The notes under the pieces were generated by a model, which saw nothing but the letters and a program-made list of their open reading frames with translations, was not told where the DNA came from and did not search any database. From NCBI RefSeq assembly GCF_037042905.1, contig NC_087250.1, forward strand, positions 22,136,001 to 22,200,000: a DNA stretch of 64,000 nt, written 5' to 3'. Shown here piece after piece: positions 14,487 through 27,572 of the stretch (the first letter of the stretch is position 1; each line of letters starts with the position of its first letter). Position numbers and translations under genes: made by a program. This DNA comes from Lytechinus pictus. Lineage: Eukaryota.

Positions 14487-17359
14487 AGGTCTCCTTTACA
14501 AAGATACCATTGATGTTCATGAGGTAAAGGCTGGTGAAACGAAGTCTTTGGTTCATGCCAACTCAGAATTGTTAATCTCTACAGACCACCATACTCCGAG
14601 AATCACCGCATCCCAATTTCTACGTTCTTATCTGAATTCAGCGAGTTTATTCAACCACACCTGATGTCAAACATTCCTATAATTTTGACTGGGGACTATA
14701 ACATTCATGTTGATGTTATTGATAATTATGACTCAAGATTGTTTCGAGATTTGTTAGAATCTCTTGGATGTGTTTAACATGTTAAAGTAGCTACTCGTGT
14801 ATCAGGTCATACCATAGATTTGATCATTACTCGACAGTCTGATGACATTGTTTTAGAGCCACCTTGGTCGGACTCCTTGGTGTCTGATCACATGTCCATT
14901 TTCTGTACCCTTAATGTTTGTAGAACTCCTTTGCCAGTGAATAAGGTGTCATATAGGAAGCTATCCAATGTTAGATTAGATGCACTTAATAATGACCTTG
15001 CCTCATCTGAACTTTGTTTAAATCCACCTGATTCTCTTGATGACCTAACCTCATCATATGATTTTACTTTAATACGGTCTATCCTTGATAAACATGCCCC
15101 TATGTGCTTAAAGAGTGTTAATAGTCGTCCTAGAGTTCCATGGTTTACCGATGGTATAAGGATGGGAAAGAAGAAGAGAAGAAAGGCTGAAAGGAAATGA
15201 AGAAAATCAAAATCTGTCTCTGACCTTAATGCTTTTAAGACAGCTAGAAATAGGACATTATACGTAATGAATAAGGCTCGTTCTAAGTATTACACTGACT
15301 GTATCACTGATAATAGCTCAAACCAAAAGAAACTCTTTGGCATAACAAAGTCTTTACTAAACATGAAAAAGAGTGATCTTGTCATACCTCCTAGTGTTGA
15401 CAACTATGATTTTGTTACTGGACTAGGAAACTTTTTTGAACAAAAAGTAGTAAAAATTCACTGTGAAATTGAATCATTGTTACATGAAGAGCAGGTCGGT
15501 GTTGATGGTTCGCAGGGATGCTTTTCTGCTTCTAACCAGCACGTACTCTCGAGCTTCAAGTTACTATCACTAAGTGATGTTAGGAAAATTGTTATGAACC
15601 TCAGTAAAAAATCATGTTCCCTCGATCCAATGCCAACAAATGAAGATTGGTTGTTGAATGTCTAGATACCTTACTACCTGTGCTTACAAAAATCATAAAT
15701 CTGTCATTACATGATGCCAAGTGTTATTCGGGTTGGAAGCTAGCGTTAGTTAGGCCTGTGCCAAAGAAACCTAATTCAGAAGTAAACTTCAATAACTTCA
15801 GGCCAATAAGTAACCTTCAATATGTGTCAAGTTGGTTGAAGGGGCAGTTACTGCCCAAATTCAGGAACACCTCGATCGTAACAACCTCTTCCCCTTAACA
15901 CAGTCAGCTTACAGGAAGTTTCACAGTACAGAAACAGCCCTACTAAAAGTTAAGAAGGATTTACTAATGGCTATGAACCAACAGAAAGTTACCTTTTTAG
16001 TACTCTTAGACCTTAGTGCTGCGTTCGACACTATTGACCATAGTATACTTGCTGAAATATAAGAAATTGATTTTGGGATAACAGACTCTGCTTTGTCTTG
16101 GTTGCAGTCTTACCTTTCCGATAGGCAGCAACAAATATCAATTGGTGACATTACCTCAAAGAAATTTGACGTTAGATGGGGTATTCCCCAAGGGTCCAGG
16201 CTCGGACCTCTCCTTTTTTCCCTCTATTCTAGTAGACTTTTTCGGTTATCAAAGCACACTCTGAAAAAATATCTTGTCACTGTTATGCAGATGACACTCA
16301 ATTATACATTTCCTTCAGCCCAGTCAGGGAACAAGAACAGTCCTGTGTTTTTGGCTCTTGAACACTGCCTACAGGAACTTCGTAGATGAATGTTGAGCAG
16401 TAAGTTGAAACTCAATGATAGCAAAACTGAGTTTCTTATCATTGAAACACCTAGACAAGTGTCTAAACTAAATATAGATTGCATAACAGTTGGAAATACT
16501 GTAGTCAAGCAGACCAGGGTTGCTAAAACCGTTGGTGTCTGGTTTGACTCGCAGCTAAACATGGAAACCCACATATCCAAAACATGCAAAACTGCCTTCT
16601 ATCATCTCTACAACTTACGTCATATCCGGAAATATCTAAACAGCACATCTATCAATACACTGGTCCATGCATTTGTAACAAGCAAATTGGATTATTGTTA
16701 CAGACTACTTTTTGGCTTACCAGATTCTCAGATAAACAAATTACAGCGTGTTCAAAATGCATGTGCCAGACTCATTTGTAATTCCCCCAAATTTTCCCAT
16801 GTAAGGCCCCTACTCCAAGATCTACATTGGCTTCCAGTACGTCAGAGAATCAAATTCAAAATAATGCTCCTAACATATAAAATACTACATCACATGGCCC
16901 CCACCTATCTCAGTGAACTCCTTAAATTAAAACCACCCACCCAGTCTTACAGGCTTCGTAGTTCCCATGACACAATGCTCCTCAGTCTCCCACCATGTAA
17001 AACAAAGATTACACTAGGTGACCGTGCCTTTATCAGTGCTGCACCCAAACTCTGGAATCGTCTCCCTTCCTCAATAAGAAATGCATCCTCTGTCAACTTA
17101 TTTAAAACTAAACTGAAATCCCACCTCTTTCAAGAGAGTGTTTGATAAGTCACTTTTTTGTTATGTATTTTGTAGAAATAATTAATCTTTACTTATTTTT
17201 CTTCGATTAATTTAGCGAGCTTAAATTTACTTCTAAATTTTTTGCGTATCCTGTTAATACTTGTTTTTCTGCATGCTTATCTGCTATGTATTGTAATGCG
17301 CAGTTGAGTATATCCAAGTAGAAATTGTGCAATATAAATTTACAATTATTATTAGTATT
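14487..17359 (+). mobile_element. 5'-truncated L2/CR1-group LINE with disrupted ORF2 (endonuclease end + reverse transcriptase)
   Basis: GDYNIHVD, GHTIDLIIT and SDH endonuclease motifs; QSAYRKFHSTETAL, LLDLSAAFDTIDH, GIPQGS, YADD (16284); LHWLPVRQRI; (TTA)n-like tail; 7-bp TSD ATCAGAC at 14480-14486 and 17360-17366; several frameshifts and stops. Confidence 0.95.
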
Positions 17360-17818
17360 ATCAGACCAAAGAACAGACCTCCAAAACGTTTCATCCTTTC
17401 CCAGATGTCTTCTGGCAAAGTCCAAACGTGATCATGTGTGGTTGGGTTTTAGGAGAGGAGTCTTCCGTGGCCGTCGTCCATTCAATCCTGCCTTATTCAA
17501 GGTCCTCTGGATGGTTTGCCTCGAGACCTTGGTCCCTTGGCCATTGAGATCTTTCAGCATCTCCTTTGTGGTGATTCTGGGGTTGACAGCAGCAGCTCGA
17601 ACTAAACATCTCGCTTGCCTTGCAGAGACTTTGGGCTTCCGTCCAGGTCTTTTAAGGTTCTCCACTTTGTTAAAAGTCTTGAGCTTCCTGATGATGCTCT
17701 GGACAGTAGCCACATGAACCTCAAAACGCTTGGATATTGCCTTGTAGCCCAAACCATCTTTGTGAGCATTCACTATTTGTGATCTCAGATCGTCACTAAG
17801 TTCCTTTCGCTTGACCAT
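17360..17818 (-). pseudogene. Tc1 transposase N-terminal part
   Basis: MVKRKELSDDLRSQIV...GYKAISKRF...RPGRKPK...GRRPRKTPLL, then a stop, then FARRHL...FWRSVLWSD. It continues as (SD)EMKMELF at ~14459-14485 on the far side of the LINE; the rest of the DDE domain is deleted. Confidence 0.9.
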
Positions 17819-20349
17819 GATGAAGTTTAAGCCGATTCCGATGAATTGACAAATATCTTGCCACTGATTCTCAATTTATAGAACCACTAAAGTTTCTGGA
17901 ATTCAAAGACTTTGATTTTCTCAACAAAATTTCATTTCAAAAAGGCAAAACGCCCCCCTCCCCCAATCTTTAATTGAATTGATTTTTAATCAATTTCATC
18001 AACATGGCAACTAACATCTGGACAAACCTCAGAAAATTGAAGATTTCTGAGATCTAAGGAACTTCCTCTTTCTGGATACCATGCAACATGGCTTAAATTC
18101 TTTTGTATTCATGTCTGGCATTATAGGGTCCAGCTTGAAACCATATGGGGGTAGTAAAATATTTGAACTATGAAATATATGGTGTCTTATAATTGAGAAA
18201 GACAGGGGTATGAATACTTTTGAACATTAGAAAATTCAGAAAAGTCATCTTCTCTATTATTATGCAAATGAGATGAAAATAAAATCAGCATGCTTTTGTA
18301 GATAATGTCTATTAGTATATAACTACTATGCAAGTTATCCAAGTTCTGCTTTCATTTTTATGAAAAGTGCAAAAAACACATATTTTCCTAGGGGTATGAA
18401 TACTTCTGACCACAACTGTAGCTTTGATGTGAAAACAAGTTGAAGAAAATAAAGAATATCCCTACACCGTTCGGGGAAACCTAAAAATGTTGCTTCAGAA
18501 ATTCAGATTACTAATGGTATTTCAACATCACCAAACAAACTCTATTTACGAATTAATTATCAATAATTGCACCCTCTCTCCCCCCTCTTCCTTCGCGCGC
18601 GCGCTCTCTCTCTCTCTCACTCTTAGATTAGTTAAAAAGTATTATTATTATCAATAATATCAATATTATTATCATTTCTTATCATTACTATTGTTACTTA
18701 TTTTTATTTATTTATATTATTTTTTATTATAACTATTACTGATTGCTATTCATAATTATAAGTTTTTACTATTATCATTATTGTAGTTTTAGTGGCTATT
18801 ATTATTATTATAATTATCTTCATTATTATTTTTACAACTGATTTTATTATTGTTTTTGTTATTGTATAGCAATACATTCAGTGAGGAAATATATGTATTT
18901 CATTATGCTTGAGTTTATAAAGAAAGAAATGAGTATATAATCGATCATAAAATCACCAATAGACCTTATGGATGCTAAAATACCTAAGCACCAATTTCAC
19001 TAAGTAGTTTTAAAGCATCGTCTTTTCTATTTAAATGTCTCTTTTTTACTATAATTTTTAATGGAACTTTTACTTGTTCCAAAGAAATACGGTCCGAATA
19101 AATATATTTTAGTAAAGATAAATACACCAAAAAAAAATAACTAGAATAGAATTTAGAAATTGAATAAACCAATTGTATTTCAGAACGTAGCGTTGGCTAT
19201 ATATTAGTGTTTGTTCTTGAAAAGAAAAATTGACGGACCAAGAATGTTTTACATGATCCAATATTTTACTCTTAAATTCTATCCTCTGGATTGCCACAAA
19301 GATTGATTATTTAGTGATAACATCATTCTTGATTCAAATACTACATATTACCATTCAATTTATTGCTTTCATGTGAAAACAAATTGGAGAAAATAAAGAA
19401 TATCCCTACACCGTTCGGGGAAACCTGAAAATGTTGCTCCATAAATTCAGATTACCCATGGTATTTCAACATCACCAAACGAACTTTCTTTACGAATTAA
19501 TGATCAATAATTGCACCCTCTCTCCCCCTCTTCCTTCGCGCGATCCCTCTCTCTCTCACTCTTAGATTAATTAAAAATTATTATTGTCATCATTTATATC
19601 ATTATTATTATTTCTTATCATTATTATTGTTACTATTAGTATTTATTCATATTATTATTTATTATTACTATTACTGATTACTATTCATTAATATTAGTAT
19701 TTACTATTATCATTATTGTAGTTTTTGTTGCTTTTATTACTATTATTATTATCTTCATTATTATGATTACAACTGATATTATCATTGCTTTTGTTATTTT
19801 ATAGCAATACATTCAGTGAAAAAAAAATATATGTATTTCAATTTGCTTGAGTTGAAACTTTATGTAGTGTACTAGACATGCCTAGTCACTTGTGGGTTAT
19901 TCATCATAATGAGACAACACACAAAATAAAGACAGAAATAAGTATATAATCGATTATGTAATTTTCAAAACTCTTATGGATAATAAAATACCTATGCACT
20001 AATTTCACCAAGTATTTTTAAAGCATCGTCTTTTTTCTATATATATTTTTTTTTTTAATAGAAATGTTACTTGTTCCATAGAAATATCACCCCAATTAAT
20101 ATATTTTAGTAAAAACCATTAGACCAACAAATTTTAACTAGAATATAATTTGAAAAAAAAATAATCATATAGTATTTCGATGGTAATAATGTTAGTTTTC
20201 TATATTTAAATTAGACTTATAATTTTGGCGGACCAGAAAGATTTACTTCCATGGTCCAATGTTGTACTCTTACATTCTATCATTGTGCGGAGCCCGTATG
20301 GTGACATGTCATTATTTCAAATTACAAGTCGTTCCCTCGACTTACTTGC

Positions 20350-21880
20350 CACATTTCGCAATAACGATTGGTGTATTTTTAGACTTATCTAAAGCATTCG
20401 ATTGTATAGACCATAATATTTTAATTGATAAGCTATCATCATACGGGTTTAGAGGGACAGTATTGAAGTGGTTAATCAGTTACTTAAGAAATCGAAAACA
20501 ATGTGTATGCATCAACAAAATTCATTCAGACTTTCAGGACATTAGAGTAGGGGTACCCCAGGGGTCTAACCTAGGCCCTCTTCTTTTTATATTGTACATC
20601 AATGACCTGCAACATGTAAGTAATATTTTAACTACTACCTTATTTGCAGACGATACAAGTTTATTTTTATCTGGTAAGGATCCCATTCAATTAAATAATA
20701 TTTTAAATTCTGAAATGGAAAAAGTTCACATGTGGTTCCAAGCCAACAGACTACAAATTAACACTAAGAAGACATCTTTTATGATTTTTAAGCCTAAAAA
20801 TAAGAAAATTGAAGAAAACTCAATAAAATTATATATAAATGATTTTGAAATTCAGAAAGTGCAATATACGAAATTCCTAGGTGTCACAATTGACGATAGC
20901 ATGAGTTGGAAACAACATGTAAATAATATTTCTATGAAGATTTCTCAAACCATTGGTGTACTTAATAGAATCAAAGGTGACTTACCATTGCATATTCGTG
21001 TTCAATTATACAATACAATGATACTCACGCATCTCAGCTATTGCAATATCGTATGGGGGGACTGTGCAAATTATTTAAAGCTACAATTATTTCGCTTACA
21101 AAAACGGGCAATAAGAATAATAACAAATTCCCCATATTTAGCTCACTCTCATCAATTATTCCGTAAATTAAAGATTCTAAAAATTTATGATATACATACC
21201 CTTCACACTGCAATTTTTATGTTTTCATACTACAAGAATCAGTTGCCTGACACATTTAACAGTTATTTTAAAACAAATCGCAGTGTAAACAAATATAATA
21301 CGAGAAATTCTGATAATTTATACATTCCTTTTTACCGCTTTTCTTTCTCAAGAACCGTCATAAGTTATAGTGGACCACTCATATGGAACAGTTTGCCCCC
21401 TGAAATAAAAGAAAGTCCTTCGCTAAATTCATTTAAAGTAAGATTTAAGTCTTACCTTCTAAATATGTATACTTCACCATGTTCTCAGTGAATAAGCTTG
21501 CTTGCTTTTATGTGTATGTTTTTTAAACATATTTTTTTGTAATGTAGTTGTTATTTTTTTTCTTCAAAATTTTCATTAGTTTGTTGATTTCGTTTATTTT
21601 GAAATGTGTGTTTCTTGCAATCTAATCAATTGATTGCAGGATGGTCTTTTTTCGGGAATGAATGTTAATCAGGGAGTAGCCTAGATAGGTCTATTTGGCT
21701 TTTGCTATCCCCCCACATCGCATTCATTACCCTATGTATTTTGTTATTTTTGTTAATTTGTCATTTTACTATATTCATTACTCCTTTACTCCTTTACTAT
21801 GGAATCATTTTGATTGATCTCGATATATTGTATCTTGTATGTTTTTTACAGATGTGAAATAAATGAATTTGAATTTGAAT
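20350..21880 (+). mobile_element. 5'-truncated CR1/L2-group LINE (open RT C-terminal half, 3' UTR, tail)
   Basis: IGVFLDLSKAFDCIDH, GVPQGSNLGPLLF, FADDT, KFLGV; open to the stop at 21491; AATAAA plus (TGAATT)n tail at ~21858-21880. Confidence 0.93.
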
Positions 21881-22495
21881 CCCCACGGACGCTAATATGA
21901 GGGTCCCCTAACACAAAAGTTGACGCTTAATCATTCACTTGATTTTTAAGATTGATTCTACATTATAGTCAATGCAATCAAACGTAGAAAACTGCTCTAC
22001 AATCAATGCTAAGATTTGTGTTTGGTTACAGGGGGGTTACAGGCCCCACAGATCTGCTTTTCGTGTGCAAAATTCTTTCCCGCGACACCCGCGCGCCATA
22101 CATGCATGTATTACGACTGATGGCTGGAGATATTCGAAATGCAGGACCTAAAATAGAATATGACATGGATAAGAAAGTGGTTTTTCAAACAAGTCGAGTA
22201 CATATTGAGCGAGGAAAAACTTACTAAATTAAGGCTTAGATATAGATCATTACAGTCCATCGAATCGATATTGCATTTAATGTGGATTATTGGTGGATGA
22301 CTGGCAATTGATTCCATGGGTCAGATCACCTCTCCAGCCGAACCCATTTCGCATATGTACACAGCGTATGCAATACGTTTGAAAATGCGGGTTTCTTTTG
22401 TTCACTCCTTCTACACAAACGATACGCCTCTAGCACACGATGTAAAGGGTATTATGTTTTACTTTCCTCAGAAATGGGGGGTTAGATTCAAATTT

Positions 22496-22795
22496 CGGGG
22501 GGACCACTTCCATTGATGAGTGGATATCAGGCACGACCATGGGGTTTCGAAAAGTACCCTGAACAAGGGAAGCAAGTCTTTTCCAGATTATGAAAATGCA
22601 TTTTTTAACAATTATTTGGCTTGTGAAACCCTACAAGTATTGGAAGTATGTCCCTTTTTTCAGTATTTTAATCATCGTTTTTGACACCTTTATAACGTTA
22701 CATAGGCCTATACGTAACGTACTTACCTGACTCTTTCCCTTTTTACGCGTTGTTGCGCCTGGTATCCACTCTTCAATGAAAGTGGGCCCCCTGGG
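22496..22795. mobile_element. MITE
   Basis: ~40-bp imperfect TIR GGGGGGACCACTTCCATTGATGAGTGGATATCAGGC / GCCTGGTATCCACTCTTCAATGAAAGTGGGCCCCC. Confidence 0.7.
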
Positions 22796-25700
22796 CGGCC
22801 TCTCGAGCTCTGGGAGGAACCAAATGTGGATTTAGAAAGTCGTCCTAAATCGGATATATCGCTGTTACCATAGTAGCAACCAGAATTTTGCACACGAAAC
22901 GCAAATTGAATGTTTCCGTTCAAGATGCGAAACGAAAAAAAAATCTCATGTCACACAATTTGCATTGCAGGACAGAGTTTTAAGACCATGACGACGGGCC
23001 CAAAAGTCTCTTCCAAATTCAACTAACGTCGTAAATAAGCGTTCGCGTTCTTCCAACGAAAGGTCTGGACTAACTCGTTACCACGACTTATAGCTCGTTC
23101 CCTCGACTTACTAACTCGTTCCCACGACTTACTAACTCGTTCCCTTGACTTGAATGCGCAGCAGCCCGGCAGGAAGTTGGTTGGATATTCAGGTTCGATA
23201 TTCAAACGCCTGTGAAGCTGGACCAATATTCGATATTCGATATTAAAAAAATAGGGGTTTTGAAAGCTAACTAGGGGGTTTAACAGGTGCAGCAAGTATC
23301 GGGCAACCATAAAAACACTGGCTTGCCCAAATACGAGGACATTTAGGGGACAAACGTCAGTGAATAAAAGGGCATGACATTTTTATTTTGTGATTTTTTT
23401 TCGAGGGGTCCCCAGGGATATCCCGACGGCCTAGCCGGGGTAATAACGTATCCTAACTTGTAGAACTTTACTTGGGCAATCAGATAAACACTCGCATGAC
23501 CCGGCGCATGCACATTTAGGGGGCAACTCGGTAAAGCATATCATGAGCAGATCTTATTCATCTATTATACTCAGTCCTAATTCCTCCACCACTAAAATAG
23601 TTCCGAAAGAGTGATACATGTATTTTTCTTTCATTCGCACAAAATATGTTCAGTGGTTGCCCATTCTTTGTTTCTAGAATCAGTCTAATCATTATACATA
23701 CTCTTTTTTGTAATCAGCTTACAAAAGAAAATTAGAATGGGTTGGGTTGAATGAATATCTTCAGCCGTCTGTTGTATAGATCGTAATTTCTTGGAAAAAA
23801 GATGGGGGCGTATAACGATAGAAAACGTATTGTCAAAACATACAATTTGAGTATAAAGCTCCTATAATCTTCGAATGATTCTTAGGAGACATTTTCTTTT
23901 GCATGTGTAGCCTTCAATTCAATTAATCAACAAGGAGTTATACCCCTACAAAATAAACGTTTCATGAACTAAAATGTCTCTTTTAGACGATATCGCGTGA
24001 CTAATTTCAAAGCTATTGATTGATTGATTGATTGATCGGCTAAATTTCCAAAGCGACTATAACATAATAAGAATTTAATTTCAAAATCATTTTTAAAGGC
24101 CAAAATTTTCTGGCTCGCTTCGCTCGCTGGCGACTTTTACAAATTTTTCCACATTTGCTATGTTGTGCTGCCTCAACATATTTCGTTTATTATCCGCAAC
24201 TGCGTTGAACTTAATATAATATGTGGTGTATTCACCCGCAATTTGATTTTAAAAAATGGCCATCTGCAATGTTTAAAAACATCACGTGGTTCCGGGGGCT
24301 CCGCCCCAGACCAGTGGCGGCACCAAAGGAGGAGGCCCCAGTGAGTTCCCCCCCCTGAAATTTTGGGGAAAAAAAATGTAAAGTAATTTCTCGAAAAATA
24401 TTTTTTGTTCTTTAAATTTTGAAAATTTCCTCATCCATTCACCGTTAGCATTAAGCTCCCAACAATTTTGGTCACTAACAAATCTTTGAGGTCATTATAT
24501 AATATTCAAAATGTCGCTCGCGCTACGTGCTCGCAGTTACTAATAATGGAGATAAGTAAATTATTTGTTCACATGGGGCTTAATAATCCAATGTTATTAG
24601 AGTTTTCATTATTCGTTTTAGCGAGATACATATCCTGCGTATTCATAATTTTCATTAATGAAATATTTTCAGCGAATTAGATAGCAATTCAGTTCATGAT
24701 TACAAAAAGTGCTTAGAACGTCCAGGTATCATCCCCGGATATCAAAACTTTTCGGCTCGCGCTTCGCGCTCGCATTATTCATTTGGTGAGATATCATCTT
24801 CATGGACCAATTAATGCAAACAGCTAGTCCTTGACAGGTCCCTTTTCAAGTCAGTATAGGGACTATACATTTGAAATAAAATTAGCTCGCGCTTCTCACT
24901 CTGTTTTAAAAAAATTGTGTGTCACCCCCCCCCCCCCGGCCCCAAAATGTTATTTTGCCTCCTCATAGGTTAAAAACTATGGTGCCGTCTTTGCCACGGA
25001 CCCGATCCGCATAGCACTGATCCCCCCAAAAAAATTATACAACCGAGAACAAATTAAAAAGAAATGATAAAAGGAAAGAAAGATGAAAGATATGATGTCA
25101 TTTTTTGCATACCATTTTTTTTCTCGCTCGCTCGAGACTTATTATTAAGCAAATTTTTGCTGCATGCGCCATGGTGTGCCCCTCTTTTTGTTCTTATCAC
25201 GCATTGAGCTTCGCCCTAATGCTCGGGGCACAATCATAAAACATCCTGTTCATACAATGATATGACCCCTCCGTACTCCCTTCTCTTTCTCTCCCGTTCC
25301 CACTCCTTTTCTTTCCTATCTCTCCATTTCGCTTCTCTCTCTTCTATTTTGTATTCTCTCTTTCCTTTTTTTGTTTTACTATACCCACTGGCGGCACCAA
25401 GGGATGGGGGAAAAGTCAGGACCGTGGTTCCCCATGCTTGAAATAGCCCTTTATTCCTTTAATTTTGTTAATTTGAGCCCCCTAAATGTTCATGCGCCGG
25501 GTCAAGCTAGTGTTTATCTGGTTGCCCGAGTCGAGTTCTACAAGTTAGGATACGTGGTTACCCCGGCTAGGCCGTCGGGATATCCCTGGGGGCCCCTCGA
25601 AAAAAAATCAAAAAGTAAAAATGTCATGTCCTTTTATTCACTGACGTTTGTCCCCTAAATGTCCTCGTACTTGGGCAAGCCAGTGTTTTTATGGTTGTCC

Positions 25701-27160
25701 GAGACTTGCAGCTGCACCTGTTTATCCCCCTAGTTAGCTTTCAAAACCCCTAATTTTTTAATATCGAATATCGAATGTTGGTCCAGCTTCACAGGCGTTT
25801 GAATATCGAACCTGAATATCCAACCAACTTCCTGCTGGTCTGCTGCGCATTCAAGTCGAGGGAACGAGTTAGTAAGTCGTGGGAACGAGTTACAAACTTA
25901 CAAGTCGAGGGAACGAGTTAGTAAATCGTGGGAACGAGTTATAAGTCGTGGGAACGAGTTAGTAAGTCGAGGGAACGAGTTAATAAGTCGAGGGAACGAG
26001 TTAATAAGTCGAGGGAACGAGTTAATAAGTCGAGGGAACGAGTTATAAGTCGAGGGAACGAGTTATAAGTCGTGGTAATGAGTTAGTAAGTCGAGGGAAC
26101 GACTTACGAAAACAAAAATGACATGTCACCTTAAAGGCTCTGTACTTTGATGTGAAAATGAGGAACATTGGTACTCCGTTCCAGGAAATGTGAAAATTGC
26201 TTTAGATCACCCACATTGTTTCAACATCGCTTAAACAAACTCTGTTACGAATAATGATCCATATTTGCCCCCCCCCCTCTCTCTCTCTCTCTCACTCTCT
26301 CTTCCTCTCCCCCTGTCTTAAAAGTAAAAAATCAATATTGTTATCATATTACTATTATTATAAACATTATTATAATATTATTATTATTATTATCATTATT
26401 ATTAATATCATACTTATTATCATTATTATCATCATTAATATCATTCTTATTATTATTTCTTATCATTATTCGTGTTACTATTATTATAAATTTATATTAT
26501 TATTCATTATTACTATTACTTATTACTATTCATTATCATTAGTATTTACTATTATCATTATTATAGTTGTTGTTGCTGTTATTATTATTATCTTCATTAT
26601 TATGATTATAACTGATATTATTATTGTTTTTGTTATTTTATAGCAATATATCCAGTGAAAAAAATATATGTATTTCAATTTGCTTGAGTTGAAACTTTAT
26701 GTAGTGTACAATGCATGCCTAGTGACCTGGGGTTATTTACCACAATGAGACAGGTAACAAAATAAAGACAGAAGTACATAATCGATTATGTAATTTTCGA
26801 CCCTCTTATGGATAATGATATACCGAGGCACTAATTTCACAAAGTAGTTTTGAAGCATCGTTTCCTTTTACTTAATATATTTTATCATGAAAATATGACT
26901 TGTTTCAAAGAAATATTGCCCGATTAAATATATTTTAGTAAAGATCAATAGACAAAAATTTTTAACTAGAATATAATTTAGAAACTAAATAAAACTATCG
27001 CATTTCGATAAACAAAGAGTTGCGGAATTTGGTTATATGTTGAAAATAATTTTGGCGGACCAGAAATAAAGTTGTACATGGTCTAATATTGTACACTTAC
27101 ATTCTAACCCCTAAATTGGCACGAAGATCCATGGTTTAGAGATAACATCATTCTTGATTC

Positions 27161-27572
27161 CAGCAGGACCGTTTTTTCTTCTTTACGTTCTACTTGTAAA
27201 TGCTCCATCAATTATATGTACATGTATATTTTTCTGTAACCCTGCCAGTAGGCCTACTCGTAATTACATGTAGCATCACTTCTAATAACCGCTTCCTTAC
27301 ACACACTCAACTTATCATTTCTCGTGTTTTGCAATCATTATTGTTCATTGAAATTATTACGGTTAATCGAAATTAGTATTGCAACTTAGAATCATTATTA
27401 TTGTAAACTTGAATTATCACTGGATATTTGAATTATTATGGTTAAATTGATATAAGATTATTATTGTAATTGAGATTGATTCATGTCTATGTGCAATTTA
27501 TATGTTTTTATTTGTAAACTCAACGGCAATTCAGCCTTCGTGGCTGCTACATTGAATAAATACATCTTGAAT
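27161..27572 (+). mobile_element. LINE 3'-end fragment in array unit 16
   Basis: CAGCCTTCGTGGCTG stem-loop, AATAAA and ATCTTGA-type tail; flanked by CTTGATTC at 27153-27160 and 27573-27580. Confidence 0.65.

Larger units (their letters stand above)
14302..18418 (-). mobile_element. Tc1-family transposon (IR/DR type), internally deleted and interrupted by a LINE
   Basis: TA|CAGTTGTGCTCAGAAGTATTCATACCCC ... GGGGTATGAATACTTCTGACCACAACTG|TA, inserted at the TA of the unit motif TTCATAGCTTTG; TIR similarity >=155 bp; inner direct repeat GGGGTATGAATACTT at ~18204. Confidence 0.95.
20288..26142. mobile_element. Long-TIR DNA transposon, copy 2, interrupted at ~20347-23068
   Basis: Left end CGGAGCCCGTATGGTGACATG; body resumes at 23069 nearly identical to copy 1; right end CATGTCACCTTAAAGGCTCTG|TA. 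Confidence 0.85.

Noticed and set aside
400..19500. Array units as tandem alternative coding exons (minus-strand TTTTAG/TTTCAG|GTTTCC acceptor-like site)
   Set aside because: The consensus has stops in all three frames shortly after the site, and homopolymer indels do not preserve frame.
20259..20349. N-terminus of the 410-aa ORF
   Set aside because: Chance read-through from array and transposon-end sequence into a 5'-truncated LINE.
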